64,000 bases of DNA from an uncultured Ruficoccus sp. (GTDB lineage Bacteria > Verrucomicrobiota > Verrucomicrobiia > Opitutales > Cerasicoccaceae): positions 544,001-608,000 of the forward strand of contig OZ223481.1 in the NCBI GenBank assembly GCA_965140785.1, in the 5' to 3' direction. The notes beneath the pieces were generated by a model. That model did not search any database. It was not told the DNA's origin and saw only the letters and a program-made list of their open reading frames with translations. Of this stretch, positions 48,100 through 59,024 are shown in pieces (the first letter of the stretch is position 1; each line of letters starts with the position of its first letter). A program made the position numbers and the translations under genes.

Positions 48100-50349
48100 A
48101 TGAGAAGTTGTGTCGCAGCCTTGATCGTCATTTGTTGGCTATTACCTGTACTTGTCAGGGCTGATGTGTCAGTCACAAGCGACCCGATAGATGAACAGGC
48201 GCCCACCCATCTGCGGGTGCTTGTTCTGTATTCGAACCAGCGGACGTTGCCGGCCAATCTGGATGTCCAGAAGGGACTCTGGTCCTCCCTGGAAGGCGAG
48301 ATCGCTTCGCGACAGATAGAACTCTTTGAGGAATATCTTGAGATCCATCGTCTGCCGGGCGACGACGAGGAGGCCACGATGGCAGCCTACCTGAAAAAGC
48401 GTTACCAGGTGATTAATCCCGATCTTGTGGTATCGGTAGGCCCCCAGGCCCTGGCGTTTTCGGATAAATGGCTGTCGGGCGCTTTTCCGCACGCGGTTCA
48501 GGTGTTCGCAGGGGTACGCGAAGACGAGTTGAAAGCTTTGCCAATGACCCGGCCAACGATTGGCATCCTGTACGCCGTTGCTGCTCGCCCGCTCCTTGAT
48601 CTTTTTGCGCGTCTACTGCCGGATACCCGGGAGGTTGTGTTGGTTGCGGGCAATGCCGCTTTTGACCGTGAGCTTCTCCGTGAGGTCAGACAACAAATTG
48701 ACGGTGCCTACGGCTGGAACATCACGGAGATTTCTGGCAGCACTCCAGAAACTATTGCGGAAGAGCTTTCACAGCTTAAGGCAGGGACAGTCGTACTTTT
48801 TACGTCCTACTTCAGGGATGCTGCCGGGACTATTTATATACCGAAAAATGTCCTCGCAAAGATCTCCCGGCAGTCGGCTGTTCCCGTGTTTGGCCTTTAC
48901 GATACCATGCTCGGTACAGGGGCTACCGGTATTGGTGCATCCCCATTTATCGATCAAGGGCGGGATTTGGCAGAAATCCTCAAGCGAATCGCCGCGGGTG
49001 AATCCCCCGACGAGATCGGGATTGTCCAGGCTCCGGCTCCCCGGTTTCTTTTTGATGCGCGGGCGATGCAGCGTTATGGGATCGACCCCGACCGGGTGCC
49101 GCCCGATGTGCAGGTCTTCTTCGAAACGCCCAGTCTCATCGAGTCGCACCCGGTTGCCTTTGCGCTCGGTGTCGCCACCATTCTTGTTCAGTCATTGTTG
49201 ATTATCGGTCTCCTGGTGACCCGCCATCGGAAAAAACGAGCCGAAAAGCAGGCTCTTGAGATGGGACGTTACTTCTCCACTGTTTTCCGCGAGAATCCGA
49301 ATCCCATGGCGGTTATCCGGGTTGCGGACGGGGTTTTTGAGGACATTAACCCGGCCTGGGAAGCGCTCTACGGGATTCGGCGGGAAGAGGCGATCGGGCG
49401 TAATCCATTAGAGGTCGGGATGCTTTCCGCAGAAAATGACGGAGGGCTCTACGAGGACTTCCTCAATGTGAACAAAAGTCTTTCCGGCTACGAACGACAG
49501 TTTCACACCGGTTCTGGTGAAATCCGGAATGTTACCCTCTACACAAATTCCATCGAGATCAATGGAAAGCAACTGCACATCATTACGACCGTCGATACCA
49601 GTGACAGAATCGAGACCGAACGGCTGCGGAACAATCTGGCCAGGGACAACCGAGTGGCGCAACTGGGGCAAATTTCCGCTTGGATCGCGCATGAGATCAA
49701 TCAGCCGCTCGGCTCCATTCTTAATAATGCGGAAGCCGCCCTCATGCACCTGGAATCGGCTACGGATCAGCGTGATGAACTCAGGGAAATTATTCAGGAC
49801 ATCAAAACGGAGGATCGTCGGGCCTCTCGGGTCGTGCAGCACATCCGTACCATGCTGGGGAACCACTCAGCGGCCAAGGAACCCGTCTCCCTCTCCGAGA
49901 TCTTTGAAGAGGTCTGCCATATGGCTTCTCCCGAAGCCGGTCGCCGGGGTGTCGAGCTACACACTTCGGTTGCCGGCGTCCCGGCGGGCTCCGTTCTCGG
50001 GGAACGTGTGCTTCTTGTCCAAGTCTTGCTGAATCTAATCTTCAACGCCATGGATGCCGTGGCCGGAGTCCCCCTTTCCCGGCGAATTATTACTCTCGGC
50101 TGCGAGCTCTCTTCCGATGGCTGGCAGGCAGACTTCAGCGTGTGCGATCAAGGTCCGGGAATAGCGCCGGACGAGGCTGACTCGATTTTCGAATTCTTCT
50201 ATTCCACGAAAGAGGACGGGATGGGCTTAGGGCTCGCCATTTCCAAATTTATTATTGAGGATCACCGGGGTAAACTAACCGTGGAAAATAATGACGACGA
50301 AGGAGCCTGCTTTCACGTGAGGCTGCCCCTGCAAAGAAACTCAGCATGA
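48100..50349 (+). CDS. Sensor histidine kinase (periplasmic binding domain + PAS)
   Basis: IAHEINQPL, NLIFNAMDA, DQGPG, GMGLGL. Confidence 0.93.
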   Translation: MRSCVAALIVICWLLPVLVRADVSVTSDPIDEQAPTHLRVLVLYSNQRTLPANLDVQKGLWSSLEGEIASRQIELFEEYLEIHRLPGDDEEATMAAYLKKRYQVINPDLVVSVGPQALAFSDKWLSGAFPHAVQVFAGVREDELKALPMTRPTIGILYAVAARPLLDLFARLLPDTREVVLVAGNAAFDRELLREVRQQIDGAYGWNITEISGSTPETIAEELSQLKAGTVVLFTSYFRDAAGTIYIPKNVLAKISRQSAVPVFGLYDTMLGTGATGIGASPFIDQGRDLAEILKRIAAGESPDEIGIVQAPAPRFLFDARAMQRYGIDPDRVPPDVQVFFETPSLIESHPVAFALGVATILVQSLLIIGLLVTRHRKKRAEKQALEMGRYFSTVFRENPNPMAVIRVADGVFEDINPAWEALYGIRREEAIGRNPLEVGMLSAENDGGLYEDFLNVNKSLSGYERQFHTGSGEIRNVTLYTNSIEINGKQLHIITTVDTSDRIETERLRNNLARDNRVAQLGQISAWIAHEINQPLGSILNNAEAALMHLESATDQRDELREIIQDIKTEDRRASRVVQHIRTMLGNHSAAKEPVSLSEIFEEVCHMASPEAGRRGVELHTSVAGVPAGSVLGERVLLVQVLLNLIFNAMDAVAGVPLSRRIITLGCELSSDGWQADFSVCDQGPGIAPDEADSIFEFFYSTKEDGMGLGLAISKFIIEDHRGKLTVENNDDEGACFHVRLPLQRNSA

Positions 50350-50978
50350 CCGCGACGGCGACAGACTCTCCCCTAGGCCCTGTTTATCTGGTGGACGATG
50401 ATGAGTCTTTTCGTCGATCCATCTCCCGGCTCTTGAGCCTGTCCGGGTTCACGGTCCGGGATTTTGCATCGGTTGGGGAGTTTATGATGGGGTTCTCCCG
50501 GAGCTCCATTGGCTGTCTTTTGCTCGACTTGCGGATGCCCGGGCCCGACGGCATGGAGCTGCTGGAGCACCTTGGCCGGGAAGGGGAGGGGCCTCCCGTT
50601 GTTTTCCTGACCGGCCACGGGGATGTTACCACGGCTGTGAGCGCCATGCGGACGGGGGCCTTCGACTTTCTGACCAAGCCCGTCGAAAAACAACGATTGT
50701 TAGATGTCGTTCAAAGAGCGCTCGTGCAGAGTCAGAACAACCTTGCCGCGGCGGAGAAGCGCCGGGACCTCAGAGAGCGGTTTCAGACACTCACCCCGAC
50801 AGAAAAGGACGTCTATCGGTTGGTTGTCGAGGGGCTCCCCAATAAGGCGATAGCCGAGCGTATCGGTAATGCCGAACGAACGGTGAAACTCCACCGCTCA
50901 AATCTCTCGCGTAAGTTAGGCGCCCAATGTGTAGCCGATCTGGTCCGCTTTCATTATGAAGCGGATTTACGCGGATAA
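50346..50978 (+). CDS. FixJ-type response regulator
   Basis: VDDD, LLDLRMP, LTKP, LuxR-type HTH. Confidence 0.93.
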   Translation: MTATATDSPLGPVYLVDDDESFRRSISRLLSLSGFTVRDFASVGEFMMGFSRSSIGCLLLDLRMPGPDGMELLEHLGREGEGPPVVFLTGHGDVTTAVSAMRTGAFDFLTKPVEKQRLLDVVQRALVQSQNNLAAAEKRRDLRERFQTLTPTEKDVYRLVVEGLPNKAIAERIGNAERTVKLHRSNLSRKLGAQCVADLVRFHYEADLRG

Positions 50979-51114
50979 AAACAGGGAGGAGTCTGCGGTT
51001 TTGCCCAAAGGTGCAAGTCTCGTTGCACCTTAGCTCTATTGCGGAAAGCAGTGCGTAGAGGCTATAATCGTAATCCTTTTCAAAACCACGACTAATAAAA
51101 CATTCCAATAATCC

Positions 51115-52794
51115 ATGAGGAAAAACCTTCTCTCTGCGCTAATATTTCTTAGTTGCCTCATCCTGAGTGGTTCTCTGGTTGCACAAACGTCAACCTCGAA
51201 ACCTAAAGACGACTCCAAACCTAAAGCTGACTCCAAGCCGAACATCCTTCTCATTGTGTCTGATGACACCGGGTATGGCGACTTGGAGCCCTACGGCGGC
51301 GGTGTTGGCCGCGGCATGCCCACCCCGAATCTCCAGCAGATGTCTGAGGATGGCATGACCTTCTTTTCTTTCTACGCGCAGCCCAGCTGCACGCCTGGCC
51401 GCGCCGCCATGCAAACCGGACGCATCCCCAACCGCAGTGGTATGACCACGGTGGCCTTTCAGGGGCAAGGGGGCGGGCTTCCGGCTGCCGAGTGGACCCT
51501 GGCATCCGTGCTCAAGCAGGGGGGCTACAAGACCTATTTCACGGGTAAGTGGCACTTGGGCGAATCCGATTACGCGCTGCCCAACGCCCAGGGCTACGAT
51601 GTGATGAAGTATTGCTTCCTCTACCACCTCAACGCCTACACCTATGCCGATCCGAACTGGTTCCCGGACATGCCCGATAACCTGCGTGAGATGTTCGCCA
51701 AGGTGACCAAGGGCGCGCTCAGCGGTAAGGCCGGAGAAAAGCCCAAGGAAGAGTGGAAGGTCAGCGGCGAGTACGTCAATACGCCGGAAAAGGGTGTCGT
51801 TGGCATTCCCTTCCTCGACTCATATGTCGAGTCAGCGGGCATTGAATTTCTGGAGGACGCTGCCAAGCATCCCGACCAGCCGTTCTTCATCAACATTAAC
51901 TTCATGAAGAATCACCAGCCGAACCTGCCGGCTCCTGAGTTTGAGCATAAGTCTATCTCCAAGAGCAAGTACGCTGACTCTGTGGTCGAACTCGACACCC
52001 GCATTGGCAATGTCATGGCCAAGCTGAAGGAACTCGGTCTGGACGAAAACACGCTTGTCTTCTACACCACCGACAACGGTGCGTGGCAGGACGTTTATCC
52101 CGACTCTGGCTATACGCCGTTCCGTGGCACTAAGGGCACGGTGCGTGAAGGCGGCAACCGCGTCCCTGCCATCGCCGTCTGGCCGGGTAAGATTGAAGCC
52201 GGTTCGCGCAACCACGACATCACGGGCGGTCTCGACCTGATGGCCACGTTCGCCTCAGTCGCTGACGTTGACCTGCCCAAAAATGACCGTGAGGGCAAGC
52301 CGATCATCTTCGACAGCTACGACCTCTCTCCGGTGCTTCTGGGCACGGGCGAGTGCCCACGGACCGAGTGGTTCTATTTCACCGAAGACGAGCTGACCCC
52401 GGGCGCTGCACGCGTCGCGCACTACAAGGCTGTCTTCAATCTGCGTGGGGATGACGGCGCCTCCACCGGTGGTCTCGCCGTGGATACCAATCTGGGCTGG
52501 AAGGGAGCCGATAAGTACGTGGCCACCGTGCCTCAGATCTTCGACCTCCTGCAGGACCCGCAAGAGCGATACGACCTGTTCATGAATAATTTCACCGAGC
52601 GTACCTGGACCCTCGTTACCTTTAACGAATCCATCAGCAAGCTGATGAAGACCTACGTCGATTACCCGCCGCGCAAGCTTCAAAGCGAAGTTTACACGGG
52701 ACCGCTCACCCTCACGGAGTACCAGCGCTTCGAGTGGATGCGTGACGCGCTGAAAAAAGACGGTGTAACAATTCCGTTACCAACGGGCAACTAG
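51115..52794 (+). CDS. Arylsulfatase
   Basis: Signal peptide; SCTPGRAA, GKWHLG. Confidence 0.93.
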   Translation: MRKNLLSALIFLSCLILSGSLVAQTSTSKPKDDSKPKADSKPNILLIVSDDTGYGDLEPYGGGVGRGMPTPNLQQMSEDGMTFFSFYAQPSCTPGRAAMQTGRIPNRSGMTTVAFQGQGGGLPAAEWTLASVLKQGGYKTYFTGKWHLGESDYALPNAQGYDVMKYCFLYHLNAYTYADPNWFPDMPDNLREMFAKVTKGALSGKAGEKPKEEWKVSGEYVNTPEKGVVGIPFLDSYVESAGIEFLEDAAKHPDQPFFININFMKNHQPNLPAPEFEHKSISKSKYADSVVELDTRIGNVMAKLKELGLDENTLVFYTTDNGAWQDVYPDSGYTPFRGTKGTVREGGNRVPAIAVWPGKIEAGSRNHDITGGLDLMATFASVADVDLPKNDREGKPIIFDSYDLSPVLLGTGECPRTEWFYFTEDELTPGAARVAHYKAVFNLRGDDGASTGGLAVDTNLGWKGADKYVATVPQIFDLLQDPQERYDLFMNNFTERTWTLVTFNESISKLMKTYVDYPPRKLQSEVYTGPLTLTEYQRFEWMRDALKKDGVTIPLPTGN

Positions 52795-52805
52795 CAGCAA
52801 ACGGT

Positions 52806-52841
52806 TGGTGGGCCGCAGTTTTGCGGTCCACCATTCTTTTT
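52806..52841 (+). terminator. Rho-independent terminator
   Basis: TGGTGGGCCGCA-GTTT-TGCGGTCCACCA followed by a T-rich tail. Confidence 0.7.
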
Positions 52842-52864
52842 ATTGAGGAATCCTGAGCAATCGA

Positions 52865-53860
52865 ATGACACACCTCCCGCTATCCAAATCTACTGGTCTG
52901 GTCGCCCTGATTCTCGCGACCCAGACACTGTTTGCTGACCCCCTCCCCTCATGGACGCCAGGCGGCGCCAAAGACGAAATCGTCGCCTATGTCGAAAACG
53001 TGACAGATCCTGATTCGCCCGACTATATCCCGCCTGCCGAGCGCATCGCGACCTTCGACAATGACGGCACACTCTGGTCCGAACAGCCGATGTATTTTCA
53101 GTTGTTCTACCTCTTTGACCGAGTGAAAGCCCTATCGCCGAAACATCCAGAGTGGCAAACCCAGGAGCCCTTCGCATCGGCGTTGAAAGGCGATTATGCC
53201 AAGGCGTTAGCCGGTGGTGACAAGGCCATTATGGAGCTTGCAGCCGCCACCCATTCCGGGATGACAGGCGAGGAGTTCGCAAACGAAGTCAGCACCTGGA
53301 TCAAGACTGCCAAGCACCCGCAGAAAAAAAAGCTCCTGAAAGATATGGTCTTCCAGCCTATGCTGGAGTTGCTGGCCTATTTGCGTGCAGAGGGGTTCAA
53401 AACCTACATCGTCTCCGGCGGAGGGGTGGACTTCATGCGTGTCTTCACCGAAGAGGTTTATGGCGTTCCGCCCGAGCAAGTCGTTGGCAGCGAACTCAAG
53501 GTGAGCTATGAATTACGGAACGGCATTCCGGTCATCGTCAAGCAGCCTGCTCTCGACTTCATCGACGATAAAGCCGGGAAGCCAGCGGGCATCTACCAGC
53601 ATATCGGGCGGCGTCCCGCTTTTGCGGCGGGGAATTCCGATGGCGATCAGCAAATGCTGGAATACACGACCCTTCCGCGGGGAAAAGATGACAAGACGGC
53701 GCGCTTCGGCCTGCTTATCCATCACGACGACGCCGAACGCGAATGGGCCTACGATCGTAACTCCCACTTCGGCAGGCTTAGCCGCGCACTCGACCTGGCC
53801 CCCCAAAGCGGTTGGTTGGTCGTCAGCATGAAAGACGACTGGTCTGTCATCTACCCCTGA
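52865..53860 (+). CDS. Secreted HAD-family hydrolase
   Basis: FDNDGTLW, VSGG, GNSDGD. Confidence 0.9.
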   Translation: MTHLPLSKSTGLVALILATQTLFADPLPSWTPGGAKDEIVAYVENVTDPDSPDYIPPAERIATFDNDGTLWSEQPMYFQLFYLFDRVKALSPKHPEWQTQEPFASALKGDYAKALAGGDKAIMELAAATHSGMTGEEFANEVSTWIKTAKHPQKKKLLKDMVFQPMLELLAYLRAEGFKTYIVSGGGVDFMRVFTEEVYGVPPEQVVGSELKVSYELRNGIPVIVKQPALDFIDDKAGKPAGIYQHIGRRPAFAAGNSDGDQQMLEYTTLPRGKDDKTARFGLLIHHDDAEREWAYDRNSHFGRLSRALDLAPQSGWLVVSMKDDWSVIYP

Positions 53861-53965
53861 ACTAACGAGTAGTAATGCTCAACTCGAAGCTTGTATGTCA
53901 GCGCGTAATTAAGACTCTGTCAAAAAGCAGACGGCATCCTGGCCCATAGCGGTGCAACGCATCTG

Positions 53966-54760
53966 GTGGGAGAAATCTGCCGCGTTATTATGAGGACCTT
54001 GAGAATGCTTGAAATGGGCTTCGACGCGTTTGGCAATGTTCTCAGGTCACGTTTCTTTCTCATAGCGATGATGAGCTGGGCGTTTTTGGGAAACTGGGTG
54101 CAGGCGCAAAACATGGGGATGGTATTCAGCCCCGTCGTGAATGAAGGAGAGAATACGGTCGATTACCGCTTTGGATACCAGCCAGACGGCAACGCATCCG
54201 CCCAGCGTGTGCAATATAAGTATGGCATCACTGACCGCTTACGACTGGGGGGGATTGTCCAATTTAACCAGAACGACCTTGAGTCATTTGCTTTCCAGTT
54301 TGTTCGATTTGAGGCCATGTGTCAGATGCTTGACGAGGAATCCCTGGGCATCGCCAGTGCTATTCGCGTTATACTCGAAGTCCCAGGCCGTGAGGATGCC
54401 CCCTATCGGACTGGCGCGGCCTGGTCCGGCCAATGGGATTTGGATGAAGACTGGCAAGCGCGGGGGAATGTGATGGTGAATTTTGATTTTGGCGAATATC
54501 GGACCCCAGGGGTATTAATTGGCGGACGCGCACAAATAAGCCGTCGAATCACCCGTCGCGTTTCTGTGGCCTTCGATTATTTCGGAGGAAACAACGATTT
54601 CGCCTCGCTGGGCAATTTTGACGAGAATCTCCATCAGGTGGGTCCGATGCTTGTGATCAAGCCTGCTGAGAGGTGGAAGCTAAGCGCAGGGGTGCTGTTT
54701 GGCGTTTCTAATGCCAGCCCGGCCGCGAGTTACCGACTCGATCTTCAATTTAGGTTTTAA
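53966..54760 (+). CDS. Hypothetical outer-membrane beta-barrel-like protein (start uncertain)
   Basis: Alternating beta pattern and C-terminal Phe (LQFRF). Confidence 0.55.
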   Translation: MGEICRVIMRTLRMLEMGFDAFGNVLRSRFFLIAMMSWAFLGNWVQAQNMGMVFSPVVNEGENTVDYRFGYQPDGNASAQRVQYKYGITDRLRLGGIVQFNQNDLESFAFQFVRFEAMCQMLDEESLGIASAIRVILEVPGREDAPYRTGAAWSGQWDLDEDWQARGNVMVNFDFGEYRTPGVLIGGRAQISRRITRRVSVAFDYFGGNNDFASLGNFDENLHQVGPMLVIKPAERWKLSAGVLFGVSNASPAASYRLDLQFRF

Positions 54761-54849
54761 CCCTTACCGTTAAAACCCCTCGAAGTAACAGGTTTCTCGA
54801 GCGTCGGAGGGTCTCTTTTTGCGCCGCCGGGAGGATACTGGCAGACTTT

Positions 54850-54970
54850 TCATTGTGGGGTGCGTCCCTGGGATTTACGCGGAGACATTTGCTCCAAACG
54901 TCGAAACCAGGCGGAAACCCTCGACAGATCCGTGAACCCGAGCTCCTTCTCAACGGCATCAGGAGACAGC
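54850..54970 (-). pseudogene. AraC C-terminal HTH remnant
   Basis: ELGFTDLSRVSAWFRRLEQMSPR. Confidence 0.45.
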
Positions 54971-55310
54971 TTCCAGTAAGCTATTACGTCCTGTGGGTTT
55001 TCCACCACATCCCGGTAGTGAAGCATGATCATCGAATCACTGGCACCGTTGCGGTGGCGACTTTGCCGATGTCTTCGCCGCGTTCGATCTGATAGCTGAT
55101 ACTCGTGTGCCGAAGAATGCCGGTGGTTTTCAGGTCGGCCCGCTCGCATGTGCGCCTTCGGTCGAAAATGTTTCTTTGTTAAGCCAAAAGGGGAGTGAAT
55201 CAGCACATCATTTTGGCGTATTGAGGTATCGGTCTTTCTTGAGTGGGGAAGCTGGGATATCGGAGAATCGTAATTCGATTCACATGCTTAACCTCAATCA
55301 CACTCCTGCC

Positions 55311-56081
55311 ATGAGAAAGATATTACAGATACTGCCCCTCGCTCTTCTAACTCCGTTTTTTGCTTTCGGAAGTGCGGCCGTTTACGAGCCGTTTGCTTAC
55401 GCGGATGGTCTTCTGGGTGGTGATGATGGTGGAACCGGCTTCTCGGGAGGCTGGACAGCCGTCAACAGATATTATGTGGAAAATGAGACACTGACCACCT
55501 CCCTGGCGCAAACCGGCTCAGCTAGCCGCGGGTTAGCTTCCGGCCTGGCGGACGACTTCTACTTCTCGATCGACTACTCGTACAGCGGGACGCTGGGTGT
55601 TACGGTCAATGACGTGTTCTATTTCAGTGATGGAAGCACCAATGTGCTGGGCGTCGGCTGGTACCGTTTCGGCGACTCAGACACCTACCGTGTCAGTCTC
55701 ATGAACGGAGGAAGCACGACCTACATCGATAATGCTTTTGCCTATGTGGCCGGACATCAGGTTGTCGGAAATGTTAAGTTCAACGGCGACGATACCGTCA
55801 CGCTGACCGTGTGGGTGGATCCGACAGGAGTAGAAACTGCGCCCTATTCAGAGTCTATCACCTTGAGCTATGCGGGTAGCGGGCTGGATACCGTGAAGCT
55901 GGTGCGTTATTCATCCGGATCCGGCGAGACGACCATCCAGCAAAATATGGACAGCTTTGCCATTGGGGAGACGTGGAATGACGTGACTCAGATTCCCGAG
56001 CAAAGCACCTCGGTGATGCTTGGTCTCCTTGCGTTTTGCATGGCTCTTGTTGTTTGGAAGCGAGGTGCGGGGAGGAAGTGA
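55311..56081 (+). CDS. PEP-CTERM-like protein
   Basis: Signal peptide, YEPFAY..GTGFSGGW, IPEQS-TM-KR. Confidence 0.8.
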   Translation: MRKILQILPLALLTPFFAFGSAAVYEPFAYADGLLGGDDGGTGFSGGWTAVNRYYVENETLTTSLAQTGSASRGLASGLADDFYFSIDYSYSGTLGVTVNDVFYFSDGSTNVLGVGWYRFGDSDTYRVSLMNGGSTTYIDNAFAYVAGHQVVGNVKFNGDDTVTLTVWVDPTGVETAPYSESITLSYAGSGLDTVKLVRYSSGSGETTIQQNMDSFAIGETWNDVTQIPEQSTSVMLGLLAFCMALVVWKRGAGRK

Positions 56082-56131
56082 TTTCGCCGCTGTTTTTCCG
56101 GCGCGCATTTCATTCTTGTTGAACCTTTGCG

Positions 56132-57517
56132 ATGAACACTCTTCTCGATCATTCAGAACACCTGGGCGCGTCTGCTGAAAAGCATCGTAGTTGCTCGTAT
56201 GATGGTGTTCTCAGCGCCTCCGTCATTTATAACATCTGGCTGCGTTCGTTCACTGCGGAAGGAACAATCCGAGCCGCGAGCGAACGCCTGCCCGACGTGG
56301 CCGATTTGGGTGTGAGCTGGCTGCTGGTATCTCCATTCCTGAAGCTGTCACCGGACTCCACGTCGTGCCCGGGGAGTGCCGCCGTGCAGTCTACTCAGAG
56401 CCATACGGTCGCCAATCCCTATGGCATAGCCGATTACGAGGCGGTGGACCCGGAGTTTGGGACATGGGATGACTGGCGGAAGTTCGTCGATACCGCACAC
56501 CGGCTCGGGATGAAGGTGATGATGGAAGTTGCTTTCGCCCACAGTGGCCCCCGTTGTGGGCTATTAGAATATCCGGGCTTCTATCGGCTCGACGATCGGG
56601 GAAAACCGCTGCTCGGAGAATGCGGATTCCCGCTGTTTGACTTCAGGAGCGATGAGCTCAGAGCTTACTTGATCGCGCGGCTGTGCCAGTGGGGCAGCAA
56701 TGACCACGTTGATGGCTTTTCCTGTGTGCGCTCCTCTGAGGTCCCGATTGACTTCTGGAAGAAGGCTCGAGCGGCTCTCAGGGAGAGGAATCCACAAGTT
56801 GTAATGCTTGGGGACGGTACGCCTGAGGAAATGACTGGGGTGTTCGATCTCGGATACGATAAGCGGTATTATTCGTCGATTTTGTCGGCGGTGGCGGACG
56901 GGCAGCCAGCGACGGTCGTTCGCCGCGCCTGGGAGGATGCTCAAGCCCGTATTCCTGAGGGGAGTCTTCTGGTCCGTTCCAATGAGGATGTCGGCACCGA
57001 GCGGGCCGACCTGGCCCTGGGGGAGGGGGGAGCCGAGGCCACGGGTGTATTTGCCTGCTTGTTGGATGGCGTCCCGCTTTTTATGAACGGGCAGGAGATC
57101 GGCGATGCGACCCCGATCAACTTCACGTCAGCGCAGACTATCCGCTGGGATTCGGGTTCCTTTGTTGCGTCCAACTTCCGCGCCCGCCCTCGGCGGAAGT
57201 TGTTCCGCCAACTGTTCGAACTGCGCAAGGAAAAAGCCTGCCTGAATCGCGGCGAGTTCGTGTGGCTGGATAACGATCAGCAGGAAAGTGTGCTCTCTTT
57301 TGTTCGTCAGCACGATGGTCAGAAGATGCTGGTGGTGATCAATCTCTCTAACCGTTCCCTTCAGGTGTCGCTCGATACCAGCCTGAAGCCTTTTAATCGG
57401 ATTTTCGACGTGATCCGTAGATGCCCCCTGTCGTCCGTACTGGGGTACGGACGTCCTACATTCATGCTTGAAGCCTACACGTATATCGTCGGCGAACCCA
57501 TGAGCCAGAGAGCGTGA
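56132..57517 (+). CDS. GH13 alpha-amylase-family protein with degenerate catalytic residues
   Basis: Paralog of the next gene; DGFSCV instead of DGFRCD. Confidence 0.85.
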   Translation: MNTLLDHSEHLGASAEKHRSCSYDGVLSASVIYNIWLRSFTAEGTIRAASERLPDVADLGVSWLLVSPFLKLSPDSTSCPGSAAVQSTQSHTVANPYGIADYEAVDPEFGTWDDWRKFVDTAHRLGMKVMMEVAFAHSGPRCGLLEYPGFYRLDDRGKPLLGECGFPLFDFRSDELRAYLIARLCQWGSNDHVDGFSCVRSSEVPIDFWKKARAALRERNPQVVMLGDGTPEEMTGVFDLGYDKRYYSSILSAVADGQPATVVRRAWEDAQARIPEGSLLVRSNEDVGTERADLALGEGGAEATGVFACLLDGVPLFMNGQEIGDATPINFTSAQTIRWDSGSFVASNFRARPRRKLFRQLFELRKEKACLNRGEFVWLDNDQQESVLSFVRQHDGQKMLVVINLSNRSLQVSLDTSLKPFNRIFDVIRRCPLSSVLGYGRPTFMLEAYTYIVGEPMSQRA

Positions 57518-58905
57518 ATATGAGAAAAGACATACCTACCGTTGCTCCTGATGAATCGCTTGGCGAGGCTCCGTGCTGTGAGACGCCCTTGCGCCTGCGC
57601 CCCTCCCGGCCCGCGGCGGACCATGTCCCGGAGATGATGATCTATCAGATATGGCTCCGATCGTTTACCTCCGAAGGTACGCTGCGGGCAGCCAAAGAGC
57701 GCTTGGGGTACGTGGCTAAGCTGGGAGCCAACACGGTTTACCTCTCGCCGATCTCGAAGCACTCCGAGGATGCCCGCCCGCAATATTTAAGCCCCCGCAC
57801 AAGCCAGTCGTCAGCCGGGCACGTGAAAAACCCTTACCGCATCTGTGATTACGACACCGTGGAGCCCGAATACGGAACCGAGGAGGACCTGCGGGCGTTC
57901 ATCGCCGAAGCGCATCACCTTGGGTTACGGGTGCTCATGGATTTAGTGTATTTTCATTCCAGTGCGGATAGTGTGCTATTGAAGGACCCGGAATTCCATG
58001 TACGCGATGAAAACGGAGAGCCGGTTTTGGGCGACTGGAATTTCCCGGTCCTGAATTTTGAGTCTGCGAACCTGCGTCGGTGTATGATCGGCAATATGCT
58101 GCACTGGGTGCGTGATTGCGGGGCGGATGGTTTCCGCTGTGATGTTTCCTATGGGGTGCCGTCGAGTTTCTGGGAGGAGGCTCGCGATGCGCTGGAGGCC
58201 GTGAAGCCGGATATCGTGATGCTGGCCGAGTCGGAAGTGCCGCAGGAGCAGCTCAAGGCCTTCGACCTGAGCTACAATTTTTCCTATTATCTGGTGCTGT
58301 ACGATGTGATGCGCAAGGGCCATCCGGCCACGCGCCTGCGCGAGCAGTGGGAAATCAAGAGGTCAAAGTTCCCGACGGGTGCCCGCCATGCCTACTTCTG
58401 CGACAACCACGACAAGGACCGGGTTGACGTGGTGTTCGGGTATCGCGGAGCCGAAGCCGTCGCCGCCCTGATGTTCGCGCTCGACGGGATCCCTTTTGTC
58501 TATAATGGGCAGGAGATCGCAGACGCTACGCCTGACGACGTGATGTCGCGCGAGACGATTCGCTGGGATCTGGCTGACGAGCCGGCACGGCGGGAACGAA
58601 CGGCGTTTTTCCGCGACTTGTTCGCTGTGCGCAGAAGGGAACGTGTGCTGACTCGCGGCGTGTTGAAGTGGGTGGCAAACTCCGCCCCCGATGCTGTCCT
58701 GACGTTTACCCGCGAGGATGGTGGCCGGAAACTGCTGGTGGCGGTCAATCTCTCCAATCGCAACGAGATTGTGGACCTGGATTGTCGGCTGAGCGAAGAG
58801 ACGCCCCTGCTGGAGAGGCGTTGGTCGCGGATGAGTGGCCCCGGAGGTTCCGGTGAGCGCCTGTGCCTGCGGGCTTACGGCTTTCTGATGGCAGCCATCG
58901 ACTGA
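57514..58905 (+). CDS. GH13 alpha-amylase-family glycosidase
   Basis: DLVYFH, DGFRCD, LAE, DNHD. Confidence 0.92.
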   Translation: MNMRKDIPTVAPDESLGEAPCCETPLRLRPSRPAADHVPEMMIYQIWLRSFTSEGTLRAAKERLGYVAKLGANTVYLSPISKHSEDARPQYLSPRTSQSSAGHVKNPYRICDYDTVEPEYGTEEDLRAFIAEAHHLGLRVLMDLVYFHSSADSVLLKDPEFHVRDENGEPVLGDWNFPVLNFESANLRRCMIGNMLHWVRDCGADGFRCDVSYGVPSSFWEEARDALEAVKPDIVMLAESEVPQEQLKAFDLSYNFSYYLVLYDVMRKGHPATRLREQWEIKRSKFPTGARHAYFCDNHDKDRVDVVFGYRGAEAVAALMFALDGIPFVYNGQEIADATPDDVMSRETIRWDLADEPARRERTAFFRDLFAVRRRERVLTRGVLKWVANSAPDAVLTFTREDGGRKLLVAVNLSNRNEIVDLDCRLSEETPLLERRWSRMSGPGGSGERLCLRAYGFLMAAID

Positions 58906-59024
58906 TGCCTTTATTTCTGAAGAGAGGAGTCCCTTGCCGCATGGGGATGAGAGCAGCCTGGCAAGGGCTTTGGGCTTGTGATTGTCACGGGGACGGCATA
59001 GATATCTGACGGTTATCCCGTGTT

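Noticed and set aside
54753..54777. GGTTTTAAC/GTTAAAACC inverted repeat as an IS end or recombination site
   Set aside because: Overlaps a stop codon and has no partner; more likely a simple hairpin
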